This document shows, piece by piece, positions 1 to 7,713 of a DNA stretch of 14,024 bases. Under the pieces are notes generated by a model that saw nothing but the letters and a program-made list of their open reading frames with translations, was not told the DNA's origin and did no database searches. Origin of the DNA: Candidatus Methylomirabilia bacterium. Its GTDB lineage: Bacteria; Methylomirabilota; Methylomirabilia; Rokubacteriales; CSP1-6. The stretch lies in NCBI GenBank assembly GCA_046758965.1, contig JBHIBG010000068.1:1-14024 (forward strand). The letters run 5' to 3'. The first letter of the stretch is position 1, and the number at the start of each line of letters is the position of its first letter. The position numbers and the translations under genes are program-made.

Positions 1-1119
1 GAGCTCTTCGCCCGCGGCATCGGGGAGGTGACCGACATCGTGCAGAAGGAGATGTACACCTTCGCCGACCGGAGCGGGGAGAGCCTGACGCTCAGGCCGG
101 AGGCGACCGCATCGCTCCTCCGCGCCTACATCGAGCACGGCCTCCATGTCTGGCCCAAACCTGTCCGCCTGTACACCATCGGGCCGATGTTCCGCTACGA
201 GCGCCCCCAGGCCGGGCGCTACCGGCAGTTCCATCAGGCCAACGTCGAGGCGCTCGGGGAATCCCATCCCGCCCTGGACGCCGAGGTGATCGCGATGCTC
301 CTGGAACTCTTCCGGGAGCTGGGGCTGGCCGAGCGATGTGAGCTTCGCCTGAACTCGATCGGCGATTCGGCATGCCGGCCGAAGTACCGCGATCAGCTCC
401 AGACATACCTCCGCGAGCGTCGGGCGAAGCTCTGCACCGAGTGCCGGGAACGGACCGCGAGGAATCCCCTCCGGGTGCTGGACTGCAAGACGCCAGCCTG
501 CCAGCCGGTCATTGACAGCGCCCCGTCGATCCTCGAGGCGCTCTGTCCTGACTGCGCCGAGCACTTTGGCCGCGTTCGAGAGCATCTGGACGTCATGGAG
601 CTCCCGTACCTGATCACGCCCCGCCTCGTGCGCGGATTCGACTACTACGTGAGGACCACCTTCGAGCTGGTTGCCCCCGAGCTGGGCGCCCAGAATGCGG
701 TGGCCGGCGGCGGCCGCTACGACGGCCTGGTCCAGCTCCTGGACGGCCCGCCCGATCCCGGCATCGGCTTCGCCATCGGGATGGAGCGGGTCGTGCTGCT
801 CCTCTCCGAGGCCCCTGACGAGAACCTCTCGCTCGCCCTGCTGATCCCGCTCGGTGCTGCAGCTCTCAAGCGGCTTCTGCCCGTAGCCAAGGCTGTTCGG
901 GGCCGGGGCATCGGCGTGGAGCTTGGGTACGGCGATCGGAAGCTCCGTGCTGAGCTTGAGCGAGCCAACCGGCTCCAGGTCCCCTGGACCGTGATCGTGG
1001 GTGATCAAGAGCTCGCCCGGGGAGAAGCCACCCTAAGGGAGATGGCCTCCGGGAGCCAGCGCAGCGTGCCGCTGGAGCGGCTGGTGGACGAATTGGCCGC
1101 GCTCAGGGGCCAACGGTGA
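1..1119 (+). CDS. hisS: Histidyl-tRNA synthetase (5'-partial; frame open from base 1)
   Basis: Frame 1 reads ELFARGIGEVTDIVQKEMYTF from base 1, so the true start is upstream of the window. HisRS motifs LRPEAT, FRYERPQAGRYRQFHQ, LVRG(F)DYY, GGGRYDGL and GFAIGMER, plus a C-terminal anticodon-binding domain. Stop TGA 1117-1119. Confidence 0.98.
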   Translation, partial: ELFARGIGEVTDIVQKEMYTFADRSGESLTLRPEATASLLRAYIEHGLHVWPKPVRLYTIGPMFRYERPQAGRYRQFHQANVEALGESHPALDAEVIAMLLELFRELGLAERCELRLNSIGDSACRPKYRDQLQTYLRERRAKLCTECRERTARNPLRVLDCKTPACQPVIDSAPSILEALCPDCAEHFGRVREHLDVMELPYLITPRLVRGFDYYVRTTFELVAPELGAQNAVAGGGRYDGLVQLLDGPPDPGIGFAIGMERVVLLLSEAPDENLSLALLIPLGAAALKRLLPVAKAVRGRGIGVELGYGDRKLRAELERANRLQVPWTVIVGDQELARGEATLREMASGSQRSVPLERLVDELAALRGQR

Positions 1120-2894
1120 TTGAGCCCCTCGCGGGGTGGACGCGGAGCCACTCCTGTGGAGCGCTCCGGGCTGAGCAGGTGGGGCAGTCCGTGACGCTCA
1201 TGGGGTGGGCGTTCAGGCGGAGAGACCACGGAGGGCTGATCTTCATCGACCTCCGGGACCGCGAGGGGGTGACCCAGTGCGTGTTCAACCCCGCGGGGAG
1301 CCCGGATGCCCACGCCAAGGCCGAGGCGGTGAGGAGCGAGTTCGTGCTCGCCGTTCGCGGGACGGTCCACGGCCGCCCCGCGGGGACCGAGAATCCCAAG
1401 CTCCCCACCGGAGCCATCGAGGTCCAGGTCCAGGAGCTTCGAATTCTGAACGAGGCCAAGCCGCTCCCGTTCTCCCTGGAAGAGGCAAGCGATGTGGCCG
1501 AGGCCGTCCGCCTGAAGTACCGCTACCTGGATCTCCGGCGTCCGGCGCTCTATCGAAACTTTCTCCTCCGCGACCAGGTCTACCAGGCGGTCCGTGACTC
1601 CCTGCACGCGCGGGGCTTCCTCGAGGTGGAGACCCCGTTTCTGACCCGCTCCACACCCGAGGGGGCGCGCGACTTCCTCGTGCCGAGCCGGCTCAGCCGA
1701 GGGGATTTCTACGCCCTGCCCCAGTCCCCCCAGCTCTTCAAGCAGATCCTGATGATGGCGGGCTTTGAACGTTACTTCCAGATCGTCCGCTGCTTCCGCG
1801 ACGAGGACCTCAGGAAGGATCGGCAGCCCGAGTTCACCCAGATCGACATCGAGACGGCCTTCCTCGATCGCGACGAGTTCCTTCCACTGGTCGAGGGGTT
1901 GATGCGGGAGGTCTTCAGGCGGGTGAAGGGGGTTGAGCTGCCTCAGGTGTTTCCGCGCCTGGCCTGGGCCGAGGCTCTGGAGCGCTACGGCTCGGACAAG
2001 CCCGACCTCCGGTTCGGGATGGAGCTCTCGGACTTGAGTGACCTCTTTCGCGGGGGTGACTTCCAGGCCTTTGCCCAGGTGGTGACCCGGGGCGGCGTCG
2101 TCAAGGGGCTCCGGGTCCCGGGTGGGGGGGGGCTCTCGAGAAAGGAGCTCGACGAGCTGGTCGGAGCGGCCAGAGGATACGGGGCCAAAGGCCTCACGTG
2201 GGTGAAGGTGATTGATGGAAGCCTGCAGTCTCCGATCGCACGTCACCTGGAGTCGTTGAAGGCCAGCCTGATCGAGCGGCTCGAGGCCGCCCCGGGAGAC
2301 CTCCTGCTGCTGGTGGGAGACACGGTGCCGGTGGCCGCTCAGACACTCGGCCGGTTCCGGCTCGAGCTGGCCCAGCGCTTCAACCTGATCGGCGAGCTGG
2401 ACCAGCTGGTCTGGATCGTGGACTTCCCGCTCTTCGAGTACAACGAGGAGGGGAAGCGGTGGGAGGCGGTGCACCACCCCTTCACCGCGCCTCGAGACGA
2501 AGACCTCGCGCTCCTGGAGAGGGATCCGAGCCAGGTCAAAGCCAAGGCCTACGACCTCGTGCTGAACGGGCAGGAGATCGGCGGCGGCTCCATTCGAGTC
2601 CATCAGCGCTGGCTCCAGCAGAAGGTGTTCGAGCTCCTCGGGGTTTCCCCCGAGGAGGCGCGGGGCAAGTTCGGCTTCCTTCTCGAAGCGCTGGAGTACG
2701 GGGCTCCGCCCATGGGCGGCATCGCCTTGGGGCTCGACCGGCTGGTGGCGATCCTGGCGGGGGAGGAGTCAATCCGCGAGGTGATCGCCTTTCCTAAGAC
2801 CCAGACAGGCGCCTGCCCCCTGACCGGCGCGCCTCAGCCGGTCAGCCCGATCCAGCTCCGTGAACTCGGCATCCAGGTCGTAGAGGAAGGCTAA
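1116..2894 (+). CDS. aspS: Aspartyl-tRNA synthetase, bacterial type, probably non-discriminating (Asp/Asn)
   Basis: 592 aa. RSHSCG, RRRDHGGLIFIDLRD, LKYRYLDLRR, STPEGARDFLVPSR, ALPQSPQLFKQ, CFRDEDLR, HHPFT, GGGSIR, GLDRL, IAFPKT. GTG start overlaps the hisS stop (GTGA). His in RRRDHGG and Gly in RPAG correspond to the H31/G83 non-discriminating signature. Confidence 0.98.
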   Translation: MIEPLAGWTRSHSCGALRAEQVGQSVTLMGWAFRRRDHGGLIFIDLRDREGVTQCVFNPAGSPDAHAKAEAVRSEFVLAVRGTVHGRPAGTENPKLPTGAIEVQVQELRILNEAKPLPFSLEEASDVAEAVRLKYRYLDLRRPALYRNFLLRDQVYQAVRDSLHARGFLEVETPFLTRSTPEGARDFLVPSRLSRGDFYALPQSPQLFKQILMMAGFERYFQIVRCFRDEDLRKDRQPEFTQIDIETAFLDRDEFLPLVEGLMREVFRRVKGVELPQVFPRLAWAEALERYGSDKPDLRFGMELSDLSDLFRGGDFQAFAQVVTRGGVVKGLRVPGGGGLSRKELDELVGAARGYGAKGLTWVKVIDGSLQSPIARHLESLKASLIERLEAAPGDLLLLVGDTVPVAAQTLGRFRLELAQRFNLIGELDQLVWIVDFPLFEYNEEGKRWEAVHHPFTAPRDEDLALLERDPSQVKAKAYDLVLNGQEIGGGSIRVHQRWLQQKVFELLGVSPEEARGKFGFLLEALEYGAPPMGGIALGLDRLVAILAGEESIREVIAFPKTQTGACPLTGAPQPVSPIQLRELGIQVVEEG

Positions 2895-2907
2895 CTTCCC
2901 GTGAACA

Positions 2908-2936
2908 TTGACATCTTCCAGCAAGCGCGTTACTCT
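2908..2936 (+). promoter_or_regulatory. Sigma70-type promoter for phoH-ybeY-era-recO-glyQS
   Basis: TTGACA (2908-2913), 17-nt spacer, TACTCT (2931-2936) in the aspS-phoH intergenic gap. SD-like AAAGGAGG at 3011-3018. Confidence 0.8.
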
Positions 2937-3030
2937 GGGGGAACCTTGGCTCGCTTCGAACATTGCCTCTTGATCCGGCAGTTCGAGAGGGGAGGGTACT
3001 TCCCGGGGCGAAAGGAGGGATCTCCAGCCG

Positions 3031-4032
3031 GTGACCCAGGCAACTAGCGTAACCCGCCGGCTGCTCCTGCCCTCCGACGCCGACCTCCTCCCCCTCCTCG
3101 GACGGAACGACGAGAACCTCCGGGCCCTGGAATCACAGCTCGGCCTCCGTATCGTGGCCCGTGGAAGCGAGATCAACCTCACGGGGGAAGAGCGGCAGGT
3201 CGAGAAGGCTGAGCGACTTCTCCTGCAGTTCCAAGAGCTGGTGCGCACCGGCGCCCCGGTTCGTTCCGCCGAGTTCAGGGCTGCGCTCCGAATCCTCGTG
3301 GCCGACGACCAGGCTGATGTCAAGGCCATCTTCCTCGACGCCATCCCGGTCCCCTCCCGAAAGAAGCAGGTGATCCCGAAGACTCCCAATCAGAAGCGCT
3401 ACCTGGACGCGATCCGTGCCCACGATCTCGTGTTCGCCATCGGGCCTGCAGGGACGGGGAAGAGCTACCTCGCAGTGGCGATGGCGGTCTCGGCGCTCAC
3501 CAAGCGAGAGGTGGGGCGGATCGTTCTCACCCGACCGGCCGTGGAAGCCGGGGAGCGTCTGGGGTTCCTCCCTGGGGACCTCTACGAGAAGGTCCACCCG
3601 TACCTCCGCCCGCTCTACGACGCCCTCTACGACATGCTGGAGGCCGAGCGGGTCGCTTCGCTGGTGGAGAAGGGCGCCATCGAGGTGGCGCCCCTGGCGT
3701 ACATGCGCGGGCGGACGTTGAACGACGCCTTCATCATCCTCGACGAGGCCCAGAACACCACCTCGGAGCAGATGAAGATGTCCCTCACTCGCCTGGGCTT
3801 CAACTCCAAGATGGTCGTGACCGGCGACATCACCCAGGTGGATCTCCCCCCCGCCCGGACCTCGGGGCTGATCGAGATCCAGTCGGTGCTCCGAGGGATC
3901 GAAGGGGTCCGCTTCGTCTACTTCACCGAGAAAGACGTCGTCCGCCACGAGCTGGTCTCCGCCATCATTCGCGCCTACGAAGAACGCGGGGCCCACTCCC
4001 GGGAGGCCGGGGGCCCGCCCCCGGAAGCGTGA
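3031..4032 (+). CDS. phoH: PhoH-family ATPase (PhoH/YbeZ-like, N-terminal KH-like region)
   Basis: 333 aa. Walker [57 protein letters not shown]. Located directly upstream of ybeY, the usual context. Confidence 0.95.
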   Translation: MTQATSVTRRLLLPSDADLLPLLGRNDENLRALESQLGLRIVARGSEINLTGEERQVEKAERLLLQFQELVRTGAPVRSAEFRAALRILVADDQADVKAIFLDAIPVPSRKKQVIPKTPNQKRYLDAIRAHDLVFAIGPAGTGKSYLAVAMAVSALTKREVGRIVLTRPAVEAGERLGFLPGDLYEKVHPYLRPLYDALYDMLEAERVASLVEKGAIEVAPLAYMRGRTLNDAFIILDEAQNTTSEQMKMSLTRLGFNSKMVVTGDITQVDLPPARTSGLIEIQSVLRGIEGVRFVYFTEKDVVRHELVSAIIRAYEERGAHSREAGGPPPEA

Positions 4033-4493
4033 TGGCGGTGGCGATCTCGACCCTCCAGCGGGCAGTGCGGATCCCGGCGGTCCGACTCCTCCGGCTGGCC
4101 GAGATCACGCTCCGCGCCCTGGGCCGGCCGGGGGCGGAGGTGCACCTGACCTTCGTCACTGACGCGAGGATCACGAAGCTGAACAAGCAGCATCGGGGCG
4201 TTCGGGAGAGGACTGACGTCCTCGCCTTCCCGCTGGAGGGGCCGGGCCCCTCCCGGCTCCTCGGGGAAGTGATCATCTCGGCCGAGCGCGCCCGGCGGCA
4301 GGCTCGCCGCCTCGGGGTGCCGCTCGCTCTGGAGCTGAGTCTCCTGGTGGTTCACGGGCTTCTCCACCTGGTGGGGTACGATGACCGGGAACCTCTGGAG
4401 GCCCGGCTCATGCACGAGCGCGCGCGAGCCCTCCTCGCGTCGGCTTCACGGCCGGTACCCGAGCGGCTCTGGCGCGGCCTCTTGTCGGCCTGA
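4029..4493 (+). CDS. ybeY: rRNA maturation endoribonuclease YbeY
   Basis: 154 aa. [29 protein letters not shown]. The start is either GTG 4029 or ATG 4032, both overlapping the phoH stop. Lies between phoH and era. Confidence 0.93.
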   Translation: MMAVAISTLQRAVRIPAVRLLRLAEITLRALGRPGAEVHLTFVTDARITKLNKQHRGVRERTDVLAFPLEGPGPSRLLGEVIISAERARRQARRLGVPLALELSLLVVHGLLHLVGYDDREPLEARLMHERARALLASASRPVPERLWRGLLSA

Positions 4494-4496
4494 ACC

Positions 4497-5399
4497 GTGG
4501 CAGCCCACCGCGCTGGCTTCGTCTCGCTGATCGGCCGCCCCAACGTGGGTAAGTCAACGCTCCTGAACCGGCTGGTGGGAGAGCGACTGGCCATCGTCTC
4601 TCCGCGTCCTCAGACCACCCGGACGCGCGTGACGGGGATCAAAACCCGGCCCGACGCACAGGTCATCTTCGTGGACACGCCGGGGTTCCACGAGCCGAGA
4701 GGGAAGCTCGATCAGCTGATGGCGAACACTGTCGACCGGGCCCTGGAAGACGTGGATCTGATCTGCCTGGTGGTGGAGGCCCCCGCCGACCCCTCGCGGC
4801 TCGATGAGCCGCTCTTCAAGCTGCTCGCCCCGTTTCGCGGCCCGGTCTTCTGCTGTCTCAACAAGGCTGATCTGGTCGAGCCCAAGGACCGGCTCCTGCC
4901 GATGATTGCGGCCTACCAAGCTCGCCACCCGTTCAGGGAGATCGTGCCGATCTCGGCCACGGACGGGACGAACTGCGACTGCCTCCTCGAGCTGATCGTT
5001 GGCGTCCTCCCCGCGCATCCACCGTATTTCCCGCCCGACACGCTCACCGACCAGCCCGAGACGTTCTACGTGGCTGAGGTGGTCCGGGAGTCCCTCTTCC
5101 TCCTCACCCGGGAGGAGGTCCCGTATGCCTGTGCGGTCAGGGTGGAAGAGCTGGCGGAGCGTGAGGGCAAGACACTCCTCTACATCCGGGCCGTCATCTT
5201 CGTGGAGCAGAGCTCTCAGAAGGCGATCGTCATCGGTCGGGGAGCGGTCATGCTGAAGCGGCTCGGCACCGTTGCCCGCCAGAGGCTGGAGGCTTTCTTC
5301 GGGGTTCGAGTCTTCCTGGAGCTCCGGGTCGAGGTCAGAAAGAACTGGCGTAAGGACGACCAGGCGCTCCGGGAGTTGGGTTTCATGCTCACCGCCTGA
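4497..5399 (+). CDS. era: GTPase Era
   Basis: 300 aa. G1 GRPNVGKS, G2 PQTTR, G3 DTPG, G4 NKAD, G5 ISA, EEVPY, and a C-terminal KH domain ending LELRVEVRKNW. Confidence 0.97.
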   Translation: MAAHRAGFVSLIGRPNVGKSTLLNRLVGERLAIVSPRPQTTRTRVTGIKTRPDAQVIFVDTPGFHEPRGKLDQLMANTVDRALEDVDLICLVVEAPADPSRLDEPLFKLLAPFRGPVFCCLNKADLVEPKDRLLPMIAAYQARHPFREIVPISATDGTNCDCLLELIVGVLPAHPPYFPPDTLTDQPETFYVAEVVRESLFLLTREEVPYACAVRVEELAEREGKTLLYIRAVIFVEQSSQKAIVIGRGAVMLKRLGTVARQRLEAFFGVRVFLELRVEVRKNWRKDDQALRELGFMLTA

Positions 5400-5401
5400 C
5401 T

Positions 5402-6178
5402 ATGCCCCTTCACCGAACGCAGGCCATCGTCATCCAGCGGCGCCCCCTCGGGGAGGCTGACCGCCTCGTGACGTTCTACACCAGGGAGTTCGGCCGGCTC
5501 ACCGGCGTCGCAAAGGGGGCCAGGCGTCCCAGGTCCCGCTTTGGCGGCGCGCTCGAGCTGTTCACCCAGGGCCAGCTCCTCTTCTTCGAGAGCGAGCGGT
5601 GGGAGCTGGTCCGCGTGGACCACTTCGACATTCTCTCCCCGTTCCTCCGCGTGCGAGAGTCGCTGACGCGGCTCGGGCAGGGGGCCTGGGTGGTGGAGTG
5701 TGTGGCTCGGCTCACGGCCGAGCGCGATCCCCACGCCTCCCTGTACGCCCTCCTGGTGAAGGCGCTCAGGGCTCTCGAGCGGACGTTCCGACCGGATCGG
5801 GTCAGGCTGGCGTTCATGCTGCGTGCCACGGACCTCTTGGGATACCGGCTTCGCCTGGATCGGTGCCGCGGATGCGGTCGGCCGCCGGGGCCTACCCCCC
5901 GCCTGGACTTCACCGCCGGCGGCCTGGTCTGTGGAGAGTGTGCCTGGGTGCCCGGCGATTCAGTTCCGTTCTCTGGCGCTGCTGTCCTGGTGCTGCGCCG
6001 GCTCAGGACGCTGGCGTGGGGCGATCTCCTGGTCGCACAGCTGTCGCGCTCGGTGGAGAACCAGATCGGTGCCGCCCTGGAGGCCCAGGTGGTCCGGCTC
6101 TTGGGGCAGCCATTCAAGACGCCTCGCTTTCTTGCTCAAACCCAGCGGGAGCTGGTGGCCGACGGAGCGCCCCGATGA
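5402..6178 (+). CDS. recO: DNA repair protein RecO (zinc-finger type)
   Basis: 258 aa. N-terminal OB fold ([31 protein letters not shown]) and CxxC..CxxC motif (CRGC, CGEC). Follows era, the conserved order. Confidence 0.95.
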   Translation: MPLHRTQAIVIQRRPLGEADRLVTFYTREFGRLTGVAKGARRPRSRFGGALELFTQGQLLFFESERWELVRVDHFDILSPFLRVRESLTRLGQGAWVVECVARLTAERDPHASLYALLVKALRALERTFRPDRVRLAFMLRATDLLGYRLRLDRCRGCGRPPGPTPRLDFTAGGLVCGECAWVPGDSVPFSGAAVLVLRRLRTLAWGDLLVAQLSRSVENQIGAALEAQVVRLLGQPFKTPRFLAQTQRELVADGAPR

Positions 6179-6219
6179 GACCGTTGCCAGCGCCGGTTTT
6201 CGGAAGGCTCCGCCGATGA
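6175..6219 (+). CDS. Candidate 14-aa mini-ORF ([14 protein letters not shown]) bridging recO and glyQS
   Basis: ATG 6175 overlaps the recO TGA (ATGA), and its TGA 6217-6219 overlaps the GlyRS ATG 6216 (ATGA). GGAG at 6164-6167 lies 7 nt upstream. Translation is not demonstrated. Confidence 0.35.
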   Translation: MRPLPAPVFGRLRR

Positions 6220-7697
6220 ACATGGAGACTCTTGTCTCGCTCTGCAAGCGTCGGGGCTTCATCTTTCAGTCCAGCGAGATTTACGGCGGCACGGGGTCGT
6301 GCTGGGACTACGGCCCGCTCGGCGCCGAGCTCAAACAGAATATCAAGCGCCTTTGGTGGCGTGATCACGTCCAGCTCCGAGCCGACATGGTCGGCCTCGA
6401 CGCGTCGATCCTAATGCACCCGATGGTCTGGAAAGCCAGCGGGCATGTGGATCACTTTACGGACCCCATGGTTGACTGCCGAGTCTGCCAGCGGCGGTTC
6501 CGCGTGGACACGCTGGACGGCCTGACCTGGGTCCACTACTGCCCGGCGAAGAAGGAGAGCAAGTTCGAGCTGCCGGCCGGAGAGCCCTGCAAGCACTGCG
6601 GCAGCCGTCGAACGCTCTGCCCCGCATGCGGCAAGGGCCAACTCACCGAGCCCCGGCAGTTCAACCTGATGTTCAAGACCTTCATGGGGCCGGTCGAGGA
6701 GGAGGCGGCGGTGACCTACCTGCGCCCGGAGACCGCACAGGGGATCTTCGTAGACTTCGATCATGTGCTCCAGTCGATGCGGCTCAAGCTGCCGTTCGGC
6801 ATCGCCCAGATCGGGAAAAGCTTCCGAAACGAGATTACGCCGGGGAACTTCGTCTTCCGGACCCGCGAGTTCGAGCAGATGGAGATCGAGTACTTTGTGA
6901 ATCCCCACGAGACGGTCAACGGGCGGGCCGCCGATGAATACTGGCACGAGCACTGGATCGAGGAGCGCCTGGCCTGGTACCGCCGGTACGGGATCGCCGC
7001 CGAGAACCTCCGGCTTCGCGAGCACAGCCGGGAGGAGCTGGCCCACTACGCGAAGCGTACCGCGGACATCGAGTACCGATTCCCGATCGGGTGGAGCGAG
7101 CTGGAGGGCATCGCCAACCGGACCGACTTCGACCTGAAGCAGCACGCCAAGTTCAGCGGCAAATCACTCACGTACTTCGATGAGAAGCGCCGGACCCAGA
7201 TCGTGCCCTACGTGATCGAACCGTCGGCGGGGGTTGACCGGAGCCTGCTCGCGTTCTTGGTGGACAGCTACCGGGAGGAGAAGGTGCACGGGGAGAAACG
7301 GGTCGTGCTGCGCCTCCACACGGAGCTGGCGCCGGTGAAGGTCGCGGTCCTCCCCCTCCTCAAGAACCGTGAGGAGATCGTGGCAACGGCGACGGAGCTC
7401 CGGGACGAGCTCGCCCGCCGCTGGATGACCGTGTATGACGACACGGCCTCGATCGGGCGTCTGTACCGCCGCCAGGATGAGGTGGGGACCCCGTACTGCG
7501 TGACGGTAGACGTCCAGACGGTCGGCGATCCGGGCCGCGGTGAGTCGGGGGACAACCGGGTGACGATCCGTGACCGCGACTCAATGGATCAGGTTCGAGT
7601 CCCGGTTTCTGACGTTGCGAGCGTTATTCAAGAGCTGCTTGCCGGACAGGGCTGGTCGCCCGTTGCCTCCCGCTATCCTGCCCAGCGCAAGTCCTGA
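6216..7697 (+). CDS. glyQS: Glycyl-tRNA synthetase, alpha2 homodimeric (GlyRS-1) type
   Basis: Real start is ATG 6216 (or 6222), not 5823: [25 protein letters not shown] matches the family N-terminus. Motifs [77 protein letters not shown]. 493 aa. Confidence 0.96.
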   Translation: MNMETLVSLCKRRGFIFQSSEIYGGTGSCWDYGPLGAELKQNIKRLWWRDHVQLRADMVGLDASILMHPMVWKASGHVDHFTDPMVDCRVCQRRFRVDTLDGLTWVHYCPAKKESKFELPAGEPCKHCGSRRTLCPACGKGQLTEPRQFNLMFKTFMGPVEEEAAVTYLRPETAQGIFVDFDHVLQSMRLKLPFGIAQIGKSFRNEITPGNFVFRTREFEQMEIEYFVNPHETVNGRAADEYWHEHWIEERLAWYRRYGIAAENLRLREHSREELAHYAKRTADIEYRFPIGWSELEGIANRTDFDLKQHAKFSGKSLTYFDEKRRTQIVPYVIEPSAGVDRSLLAFLVDSYREEKVHGEKRVVLRLHTELAPVKVAVLPLLKNREEIVATATELRDELARRWMTVYDDTASIGRLYRRQDEVGTPYCVTVDVQTVGDPGRGESGDNRVTIRDRDSMDQVRVPVSDVASVIQELLAGQGWSPVASRYPAQRKS

Positions 7698-7713
7698 CGG
7701 GCACCGAGACCGA

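Noticed and set aside
2124..2132. G9 homopolymer in aspS as a phase-variation tract
   Set aside because: It encodes in-frame Gly-Gly-Gly in an essential gene, and the frame is intact.
1005..2603. Long antisense ORFs (532 aa opposite aspS; also 3133-3996, 6411-7145, 8407-9726, 9858-10955)
   Set aside because: They are shadow frames of well-supported genes, expected from GC-rich codon bias. They have no recognisable motifs or independent expression signals.
2895..3030. Possible 6S RNA downstream of aspS (as in Bacillus)
   Set aside because: Only ~90 nt lie between the predicted TSS and the phoH start, too short for a ~180-nt 6S rod, and there is no terminator.
5823..6215. 131-aa N-terminal extension of GlyRS in the ORF track
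   Set aside because: It overlaps recO in another frame, and family similarity begins at [14 protein letters not shown] (6216).
7698..7713. Bidirectional terminator between convergent glyQS and PBP1A
   Set aside because: The gap is only 16 nt with no convincing hairpin or U-tract, so no terminator can be supported.
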